DNA of 12,731 bases, taken from positions 1-12,731 of the forward strand of contig JANORL010001305.1 of assembly GCA_031415295.1 (NCBI GenBank), in the 5' to 3' direction. This stretch comes from Polyangiaceae bacterium (lineage in GTDB: Bacteria > Myxococcota_A > Polyangia > Polyangiales > Polyangiaceae). Shown here piece after piece: positions 6,357 to 12,731 of this stretch (its first letter is position 1; every line of letters begins with the position of its first letter). Position numbers and translations under genes: made by a program. The notes below the pieces were generated by a model that saw nothing but the letters and a program-made list of their open reading frames with translations, was not told where the DNA came from and searched no databases.

Positions 6357-6961
6357 CGCGTTCGGGGCATTTGATGGTACACGAGCGAAAAACGATCATC
6401 GTCGCCGATACGTCGGGCAGCATGCGTGAGCATGGCAAAGCGACACTGGCTCGCAACCTTCTCGCGCATGTTCGCCAGGTCGCAATCAGCAAAACCGAGC
6501 CGTCGTCGTCGGACGCACCAATCCTCGTGCAATGGAGCAGCGACGCGACCATTCTGAGGGTACCGTCGCACGAGGATTTGCCTTCGCTTTCGATAGGTGG
6601 GCGTGCTGCAATGCAGCCATTGCTCGCGTTGCTGGATGAATTCACGGTGGACGGCATCCCGCTCTGCCTTCTTATGGTGTCGGACGGGCACCTGCCAACC
6701 GCTGACGTCGCGGCCTTTCGAGCCTGGGTGCGCAAGCATTCGATTGTCGTCGTGCGGACGATTGCAGTGGGACCGGACGCCGCGATTGCGACGCTCGCCC
6801 GAATGACGGGCGCAACCGAGGCAGCGGGCCGTCAAGGCGAAAGAACTTGTTATCGGCCGGAAGACATCTGCGCCGCGCTTGATTCGTGGCCCCGCGTATT
6901 CCCAGAGCTGCCGGTGTTCACGGCCGAAGTGACGGGCGTTCTAGGGAGTTTCTCACAATGA
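6353..6961 (+). CDS. Second vWA domain protein with a partly degenerate MIDAS (202 aa from GTG 6353; alternative ATG at 6374)
   Basis: GTG 6353 overlaps the upstream TGA (GTGA at 6353-6356). Motifs are TIIVADTSGSMRE (DxSxS) and LCLLMVSDGHLP (Asp strand). The usual GGT position reads GGRAAMQPL, so the MIDAS Thr is absent. Confidence 0.8.
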   Translation: MTRSGHLMVHERKTIIVADTSGSMREHGKATLARNLLAHVRQVAISKTEPSSSDAPILVQWSSDATILRVPSHEDLPSLSIGGRAAMQPLLALLDEFTVDGIPLCLLMVSDGHLPTADVAAFRAWVRKHSIVVVRTIAVGPDAAIATLARMTGATEAAGRQGERTCYRPEDICAALDSWPRVFPELPVFTAEVTGVLGSFSQ

Positions 6962-8442
6962 GCTTTCCTATGGCCAGCGAGCCGTCACGATTCGTGGACG
7001 AGTATTTCAACGTGCATGAACGCGGCACGGAGCTTGGCCGTGGTGGTCAAGGCGTGGTGTTCCGAACCAAGGACCCCGATGTGGCGGTGAAGCTCGCGCT
7101 AGACGGAAACGGTCGACCCGTAGAGTTTGCTGCATACCGCGAGAAGTTGCGTCGAGTGCGTGCGCTTCCGGTGCCTCTGGGGCTTCATCTCGCAGCGCCC
7201 ATGGCCGTTCTGCAAGAAATCGCCGGCTACGCAATGCGCCTGTTGAACGGTATGGTCCCGTTTGCGCACTTTTCACCAGATCCGAGCCGTCATGCGGAAT
7301 TGCCGACCGAACTGCCGCAGTGGTTAGCGGCGATGCCCGAGGAAATTGCCTTTTGTCTCCGGTGGTATGGCGAATCCGGAGGACTCCATCGCCGATTGAT
7401 GGCGCTCTACAAATGCGCGTCGATACTCGCCCGGCTTCATGGCGCGGGCCTCGTATATGGCGATGTATCGCCGACCAATGCATTCATTACGAAAGACCCG
7501 CGATCGAACGACGTTTGGCTCATCGATGCTGACAATCTCCGGTACGAGACGTCCGCCGGTGGACCTGGAATCTACACACCTCGGTTTGGGGCTCCGGAAC
7601 TGGTTCAGGGGCTTGGCGGAGCTTGCCAACGTACCGACTGCCATGCCTTTGCGGTGATGGCGTTCTCAACACTGACGCTCCTACACCCGTTTATCGGGGA
7701 CCTTGTTGAGTCGGGCGGCGAAGGCGACTGGGCCGCAGACGACTCCAATGCTGCGGATCTGGACGAGCGGGCCTACGCCGGCCACTTACCGTGGATTCTC
7801 GACGAGGTCGACGATCGCAATCGCAAGGACAATGGGCTCGTTGGTCTCGTGCTTACCGACGAACTGCTAACGCTGTTCCAGGCAACCTTCGGGCCTGGGC
7901 GGATGCAGCCTTGGATGCGGCCGTCCATGTTTTGGTGGCCCTCCGCGCTCGCCCGGGCCGCCGATGGAGCCGTGACTTGCGGTGGCTGCGGCATGAGCCA
8001 CTTTTACGACTTCGAAGATCCGTCGTCGCATTGCCCATTCTGTGACGCGACGCCCAAGGCAACGTTTGTCGCAACAGCCTACGATTGGCTGGGGCAATCC
8101 ATTGAGCGCCAGCTCCCCACGTGGCGCCTCGCGCGTGCCTGGCCAGTTCCGGCCCCCGCATTCACCATTCCCCATCGAATGCTATATCCATTTTCCGTTG
8201 TGGATGGAGAGCGCGACATTCTCGAGTTGCGCCAGGAGAACGACGAACTGCGACTGACGTTCTGTGACGGTGGCCGCCAGCATCATTTGGCGCTTGCTGC
8301 GGACGAGGGCGAAGGTGCGTTCGTCGAATTCGAAGGCACGGCGGCCATTCCCTTGTCACTCGCAGCGACGGGGTTTTGGATTCGTGTAGGTGGCCCGTGC
8401 CCGCGGGTTGTGCGCTGCGTCCTTCAGAAGGGCACAGCATGA
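6958..8442 (+). CDS. Atypical Hanks-type Ser/Thr protein kinase with a zinc ribbon and an uncharacterised C-terminal domain (494 aa)
   Basis: ATG 6958 overlaps the upstream stop (ATGA at 6958-6961). Kinase motifs are GRGGQGVVF (Gly loop), VAVKL (Lys at nt 7090-7092), LVYGDVSPTN (catalytic loop), WLIDADNL (DFG equivalent), TPRFGAPE (APE) and DCHAFAVMAF..LHPF. The zinc ribbon is CGGC-x14-CPFC. Confidence 0.85.
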   Translation: MSFPMASEPSRFVDEYFNVHERGTELGRGGQGVVFRTKDPDVAVKLALDGNGRPVEFAAYREKLRRVRALPVPLGLHLAAPMAVLQEIAGYAMRLLNGMVPFAHFSPDPSRHAELPTELPQWLAAMPEEIAFCLRWYGESGGLHRRLMALYKCASILARLHGAGLVYGDVSPTNAFITKDPRSNDVWLIDADNLRYETSAGGPGIYTPRFGAPELVQGLGGACQRTDCHAFAVMAFSTLTLLHPFIGDLVESGGEGDWAADDSNAADLDERAYAGHLPWILDEVDDRNRKDNGLVGLVLTDELLTLFQATFGPGRMQPWMRPSMFWWPSALARAADGAVTCGGCGMSHFYDFEDPSSHCPFCDATPKATFVATAYDWLGQSIERQLPTWRLARAWPVPAPAFTIPHRMLYPFSVVDGERDILELRQENDELRLTFCDGGRQHHLALAADEGEGAFVEFEGTAAIPLSLAATGFWIRVGGPCPRVVRCVLQKGTA

Positions 8443-11400
8443 ACCCGTGCGATGTTCGATCTCCCACGGCCCACTCGGTTTGGTTGCTCCCTCTGCTCGA
8501 CGACAATCTATTGGTCAAGGGCGTGGCGGATCTGAGGTTTGGAGACCAGTCCGGCGAGTACGTCGTCGTTCAAGGCGATCGCATCACAGCGGTGCGCTTG
8601 AAATCCGCGCGCCGTTCCCACATCCTCGACACGCTCTTGGGCAGTGGGCGTGCCCGGATCGCGACGATTGACCAAGTCGTTCGCGATGGCAGGGAGCTTC
8701 AGATGACGATTCGCTGTTTTAATGGCGATATCATCGCGTTTGGCGACATCGACGTGGGCATTGACGAGCATGCTTATCAGCACACGCGCCGATTGCTCGG
8801 GATGTGGAAAGCCGACGTCGAGACCATTGCAGAGATCCTCAACAAGCTTTGTGTTTTGCGGCTGAGCCCAGCACAACGGGATGCTTACTTCTTGCTCACT
8901 GCAGGGGCAGCGGCGGAAAAAGGTTTCGAGGTTTCAACGGAGGGCGCAGCCTCGACGAGCCCGGAGGTCACCGTTCCACCTTTCGAACGAGCCTTCTGCA
9001 TTCATGGAGACGGCATTCGGATTGCGGTCGCTTCGAAGAAAGTTGGACCCGACGAAACCAAATACCTGGCGACGCGCCTGACGACATCGATCGGGGGCGA
9101 TGCAGACGGTGCCATTCGTCTTGCGCGCGGGCGTTTGACGTTCTCGAACTTTACCCGGACCGGGCCGGTGCAAGCGATTGCTGCCGGCGCAATGGCGCGT
9201 CTCACGGAGAACCAAAACGGCTATCTGAAGAAATGGGACGAATATGGCGCCGAAGAAGGCAAGCTTCTCCTCGATCGCGCCCGGAAAGTGGGCGTCTTGC
9301 GATGGGCCCGCGCTTCGCAGCTCCCGCGGGGGGCATCTGGCATCGTGTTTCACTTCGCAGCGCCGCTGCCTGACGCTCTCTCCGCAGGAGACGAGCTTGA
9401 AATCGTCGCCAATCCGCCCGCCTACGTTCAACGCCCCGACATGTCTTGGGCGGAGTATCTACGATTGATCGAGGAGCAGGTCGACAAGAAGCGGGAGCGT
9501 CGCCAACAGGAGCCACGGCGGGGCGGAGGCGATGGAAAGGAGATGGTTGTCGCCGAGGTCCTCGAAATCTCGGACAAGAGCTTGGTTTTGGATCTTCCTA
9601 TCGCGCCGGACCGTGAAGATCTCTGCCTCGTCCTCTCTTTAAGCGGGGATCGCACACAAATTGAACGACGCATGGAGGCTCGCAAGATGGTGCAGGAGGG
9701 GCGCAGCGCCAATCCGATGCTCGGCGTTATCATCGAAGAGAATGGAAAGCCTCAGACGCTGCAGCATTTTCGTCGGATCAAGCCCCTCAGCGCCTTCGTC
9801 AAGGACAAGGTCTTCAAGGGCCGGCCGCCGACGCGAGCACAGGAGGACGCCATTCGGATTGCCCTGGAGACGCCGGACATCGCGATTATCCAAGGCCCTC
9901 CGGGCACCGGGAAGACCACTGTTATCGCCGCCATCGTCGAGCGCCTGAACGAGCTTTCCGACAAGGAGCGATCGATTCAAGGTGAGGTGCTCGTCTCGGC
10001 GTTTCAGCACGATGCCATCGAGAATATGATGGCGCGGCTCACGGTAAATTCCATCCCAGTACCCAAGTTCGGCCATCGCTCTGGCATGTCCGAGCTTGGG
10101 GATCGCAATGCCGAACAGATGCGCCGTTGGGGCGGCAAATTGGCAGCGAGCGTGCGCCAAAAGAATCCCCACCTGCAGGCGTCCGAAAAGATACTGAACG
10201 CTGAGCTGCGTTGTCGTGAATACATCCTCGCCCCGTCTCTCGACAACGCGCTCGGGACCATCGATGCGTTCATCGAAGTGCCTGAGCGCCACTTGCCTTC
10301 GAGCCTGATGCAGGCGGCCAAGGCGCTCAAGGCGCGCCTCGTACACGAACGTGACGGGCAGCAGGTCCAGGAAGATGCAGACATATTACGCGCGCTGTGG
10401 AGACTGCGAACGAGTTCCGAGGGCTTTCAGGACGACGGGCCGGAAATGGCCCAGAGCCTGGTTGAGCAGTGCGGCAAGGAGCTACAGCCAGCAGAGCGCG
10501 AACTGCTAATGCGTGCAGCCAGGTGGTTCGACCTCGACCCGCCTCCGTTCCTCGATGAGCTTCGTGCCCTGAAGAGCTGCCTACTCGAACGCTACCGTCC
10601 CCAGGTCACTTTTCGGCTCGACAAACCAAGAAAAGACGTTCTCGATTTCGTCGAGGAGGCCTCGCGGCAGCTTCAAGCGGGCCTTGGTGCTAGCAATCGG
10701 GACAGAATTCTCGCGGAATTCTTACATGAGCTCGAAAGCAACCCTGCGGCAGTCCAGCGTGCGGCTGAGGAGTACGGCTTCGTGTTCGCAGCAACGTGCC
10801 AACAGTCACAGGGGTGGCGCATCACCCGACGGAAGCTCAGCACGTCCGTCACCTCGGGTCATGTAGACTACGACACCGTCATCATTGACGAGGCGGCACG
10901 GGTCAGTCCAAGAGACCTTCTCATTCCGATGGTGCAGGCTCGTCGGCGGATCATCCTCGTGGGCGATCACCGGCAATTGCCGCACATGATCAATGAGGAG
11001 ATTGCGCGGACGTTGGAGGCTCGGGATGTCGCAGCAGGCGAGGAGCCTGCCGCTATTCGCGAGGATTCGTATGTCCGCAGGAGCATGTTCCACTACTTGC
11101 GGTCGCGTCTCGAGCAGCTTGAAGCCCACGATCGGATTCAACGTTGGGTGACACTGGATCAACAATTTCGGATGCACCCGCTGCTTGGGAAATTCGTCAG
11201 CGATCACTTTTACCTGCAACACCGTGAGGAATTCACCTCGCCGATTGCAGGGGACAAGTTCTCGCATGGCCTTCCTGGTATCCCCGACGTGCCCGCCGTT
11301 TGGATCGACGTACCTGCACGATCGGGCGAGCAAGAGCGTGGGGGCACAAGCTGGACACGTGTCCCGGAGGCTCACCAGATCGCGAAATGGCTCAAGCGTT

Positions 11401-11906
11401 GGATCGATTCGCCAGCCGGACGCCGGCTGACCTTCGGCATCATTTCTTTTTACAAGGCTCAGACGGGCGAAGTTTTCCAAGCGCTGTCGAGCCGCGGATA
11501 CACCACGCGTGACGAGGCTGGCAACTGGCGAATCTCCAAGGACTACTTGGTAAGACCTCCCGAAGAAGAGCTGCCTCCAGAGGAGCGCCTGCGCATCGGC
11601 ACCGTTGACGCATTCCAAGGCATGGAGTTCGACATGGTGTTTCTGTCCATGGTCCGTTCGAGGCGAAACCTCCCTGATCCGACGGATGACCCCGCGGAGT
11701 TGACCCGGCTAGAGCGTACGCTCTACGGGCACTTGACGTCGCCTAATCGCCTTTGTGTAAGCATGAGCCGTCAAAAGCGGCTGCTCGTCGTGGTGGGCGA
11801 CAAGGCGATGGTCGAGCACGAAGTCGCTTCGCGAGCCGTGCCTGGTCTCGTTGGCTTCCTCCAACTCTGTAAGGCGCATGGGGCTGTTTTCGGGATGGAA
11901 GACTAG
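8439..11906 (+). CDS. Superfamily 1 helicase of the Upf1/DNA2 (COG1112-like) type with a ~470-aa uncharacterised N-terminal region (1,155 aa)
   Basis: ATG 8439 overlaps the kinase stop (ATGA at 8439-8442). Motifs are IIQGPPGTGKTT (Walker A, nt 9894-9917), VSAFQHDAIENM, AATCQQS, VIIDEAARV (Walker B, DE at nt 10887-10892), ILVGDHRQLPH, LDQQFRMHP, IISFYKAQ, TVDAFQGMEFDMVFLSMVRS and RLCVSMSRQKRLLVVVGD. Confidence 0.9.
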   Translation: MNPCDVRSPTAHSVWLLPLLDDNLLVKGVADLRFGDQSGEYVVVQGDRITAVRLKSARRSHILDTLLGSGRARIATIDQVVRDGRELQMTIRCFNGDIIAFGDIDVGIDEHAYQHTRRLLGMWKADVETIAEILNKLCVLRLSPAQRDAYFLLTAGAAAEKGFEVSTEGAASTSPEVTVPPFERAFCIHGDGIRIAVASKKVGPDETKYLATRLTTSIGGDADGAIRLARGRLTFSNFTRTGPVQAIAAGAMARLTENQNGYLKKWDEYGAEEGKLLLDRARKVGVLRWARASQLPRGASGIVFHFAAPLPDALSAGDELEIVANPPAYVQRPDMSWAEYLRLIEEQVDKKRERRQQEPRRGGGDGKEMVVAEVLEISDKSLVLDLPIAPDREDLCLVLSLSGDRTQIERRMEARKMVQEGRSANPMLGVIIEENGKPQTLQHFRRIKPLSAFVKDKVFKGRPPTRAQEDAIRIALETPDIAIIQGPPGTGKTTVIAAIVERLNELSDKERSIQGEVLVSAFQHDAIENMMARLTVNSIPVPKFGHRSGMSELGDRNAEQMRRWGGKLAASVRQKNPHLQASEKILNAELRCREYILAPSLDNALGTIDAFIEVPERHLPSSLMQAAKALKARLVHERDGQQVQEDADILRALWRLRTSSEGFQDDGPEMAQSLVEQCGKELQPAERELLMRAARWFDLDPPPFLDELRALKSCLLERYRPQVTFRLDKPRKDVLDFVEEASRQLQAGLGASNRDRILAEFLHELESNPAAVQRAAEEYGFVFAATCQQSQGWRITRRKLSTSVTSGHVDYDTVIIDEAARVSPRDLLIPMVQARRRIILVGDHRQLPHMINEEIARTLEARDVAAGEEPAAIREDSYVRRSMFHYLRSRLEQLEAHDRIQRWVTLDQQFRMHPLLGKFVSDHFYLQHREEFTSPIAGDKFSHGLPGIPDVPAVWIDVPARSGEQERGGTSWTRVPEAHQIAKWLKRWIDSPAGRRLTFGIISFYKAQTGEVFQALSSRGYTTRDEAGNWRISKDYLVRPPEEELPPEERLRIGTVDAFQGMEFDMVFLSMVRSRRNLPDPTDDPAELTRLERTLYGHLTSPNRLCVSMSRQKRLLVVVGDKAMVEHEVASRAVPGLVGFLQLCKAHGAVFGMED

Positions 11907-11909
11907 GCC

Positions 11910-12731
11910 ATGAGTGACAAGCTAGTGGATCGGCGTCCACGCATTCTAGATTTCACACGGAGGATTGACGATGTCCGGGCGGTTAGGGATCTTGGGTGGC
12001 CATGCGATGCGTTTCGCGTGACCGTTCCCGTTCGTGGCGTCGGCGGCTTAAACGTATTCGAGCATCTGTTATTGAGGCTTCTTGACGACGCTCGGCTCGA
12101 TGAGGATGGCATCCATCAAACGACCGGTTTGGATCTCGATTTAGTTACCCTCATTTGTAGTCGTTTGCGCGATCTTGTACTCCTCGCAGAGCGTAATGAG
12201 CTGACAGATGGCGGACGCGCATACCTGGACGAAAAGAATCGAGAAGAGCCGACCTACGAGGTTCGCTTCCTTTTTCGGGAGCGTGTGTCGGGTGCACTAC
12301 TTCCTATCGTGCTCGGGCGCGCACTGACCTTCGAGGAGCTTCTCTGCTGGGATGACACGAGCGCCGAAATCAGGACCCACGATCATCGGACTGTGCGGCT
12401 GAAAATGGTGCGCAGCCAATCGATAGTGGCTTCTCGACCGCCGACGCCTGAGGAGGTGTTTCGGGCTGCGCGTCGGCACGCCGAGCTCGACCGCCAGTAC
12501 TCCATGCTCCGCCTGGATGACGTTAGGGTACCGCAGATCGTCGTCACCCAAGGGGTCAATGTCGATCCCATTCCGGAGAAGGTTTTTCTGCGCTGCCGCG
12601 TGGTCATCCCGGCGACGGAAGACGATTATCGAATTTGCGACCCTTTTGGTTTCGGCTTCTCAGATACACTCTTTCGCGCCTATGAGACGCTGAGGGCACG
12701 CGGGGGCGACGACCAAGCGCTCCGTCACCGG
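11910..12731 (+). CDS. Uncharacterised protein with a probable N-terminal winged-helix-like segment. First 274 codons only; continues beyond the right window edge.
   Basis: Not in the track because it is open to the edge. ATG 11910 is 3 nt after the helicase stop, and I translated 274 sense codons with no stop. Translation begins MSDKLVDRRPRILDFTRRIDDVRAVRDLGWPCDAFRVTVPV. The segment GLNVFEHLLLRLLDDARLDEDGIHQTTGLDLDLVTLICSRLRDLVLLAERNELTDGGRAYL has a MarR/wHTH-like pattern. GC-rich third positions match the upstream genes. Confidence 0.7.
   Translation, partial: MSDKLVDRRPRILDFTRRIDDVRAVRDLGWPCDAFRVTVPVRGVGGLNVFEHLLLRLLDDARLDEDGIHQTTGLDLDLVTLICSRLRDLVLLAERNELTDGGRAYLDEKNREEPTYEVRFLFRERVSGALLPIVLGRALTFEELLCWDDTSAEIRTHDHRTVRLKMVRSQSIVASRPPTPEEVFRAARRHAELDRQYSMLRLDDVRVPQIVVTQGVNVDPIPEKVFLRCRVVIPATEDDYRICDPFGFGFSDTLFRAYETLRARGGDDQALRHR

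Noticed and set aside
5523-6835. Minus-strand ORFs 5523..6254 (243 aa), 6136..6735 and 6347..6835, antisense to the vWA genes
   Set aside because: These are typical GC-rich shadow ORFs. The translations are Arg/His-rich and motif-free, whereas the plus-strand frames carry clear vWA signatures.
6886-6957. Upstream ATG (6886) for the kinase. The same question arises for the helicase, whose upstream ATG is at 8376 (extension 8376-8438).
   Set aside because: The extensions overlap the preceding genes by 60-75 nt and encode Arg/Gly/Pro-rich junk. The internal ATGs at 6958 and 8439 give classic ATGA stop/start coupling.
9639-11618. Minus-strand ORFs 9639..10346 (235 aa), 10004..10384 and 10806..11618 (270 aa) inside the helicase gene
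   Set aside because: They are antisense shadows of a gene whose plus-strand frame carries all SF1 helicase motifs. Their own translations show no motifs.
11903-12607. Minus-strand ORFs 11903..12112, 12297..12551 and 12383..12607
   Set aside because: They are shadows of the open plus-strand frame 11910..12731, which is contiguous with the operon and has better composition.
5550-12731. A PP2C phosphatase that would complete a canonical TerY-P triad
   Set aside because: I looked through the translations for a PP2C-like acidic metal-binding domain and recognised none. It may lie downstream of the window, so its absence is only window-level.

Overview
GC-rich bacterial window of 12.7 kb. A large-genome, Myxococcota-like origin is only an impression.

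Left third: the first 1,020 nt of a minus-strand secreted SpvB/TcaC-N-domain (Tc/Rhs toxin-like) gene that runs off the left edge and is absent from the ORF track. It is followed by two plus-strand hypothetical genes (1723-2481, 2775-3101) separated by hairpin-forming tandem repeats.

Middle (about 3102-5549): roughly 2.4 kb with no credible ORF in any frame. It is packed with direct repeats, modular GGATCC-containing inverted arms (including a perfect 20-nt inverted pair 1,194 nt apart), a three-way overlapping inverted-repeat set and a train of strong stem-loops. It is either a decayed non-autonomous mobile or invertible element, or a large structured-RNA locus.

Right half (5550-12731), the most interesting part: a five-gene, same-strand, translationally coupled cassette (GTGA, ATGA and ATGA stop/start overlaps, then a 3-nt gap). 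The genes are:
- a TerY-like vWA protein;
- a second vWA protein with a degenerate MIDAS;
- an atypical Hanks-type Ser/Thr kinase with a zinc ribbon;
- a 1,155-aa Upf1/DNA2-like SF1 helicase with a ~470-aa uncharacterised N-terminus;
- a fifth ORF with a wHTH-like start that runs off the right edge and is also absent from the track.

The cassette resembles the TerY-P (vWA + kinase + PP2C) defence triad, but no PP2C is visible, the vWA is duplicated and a giant helicase is attached. I regard it as a candidate undescribed conflict/anti-phage system. No rRNA, tRNA, CRISPR array, integrase or transposase could be supported.
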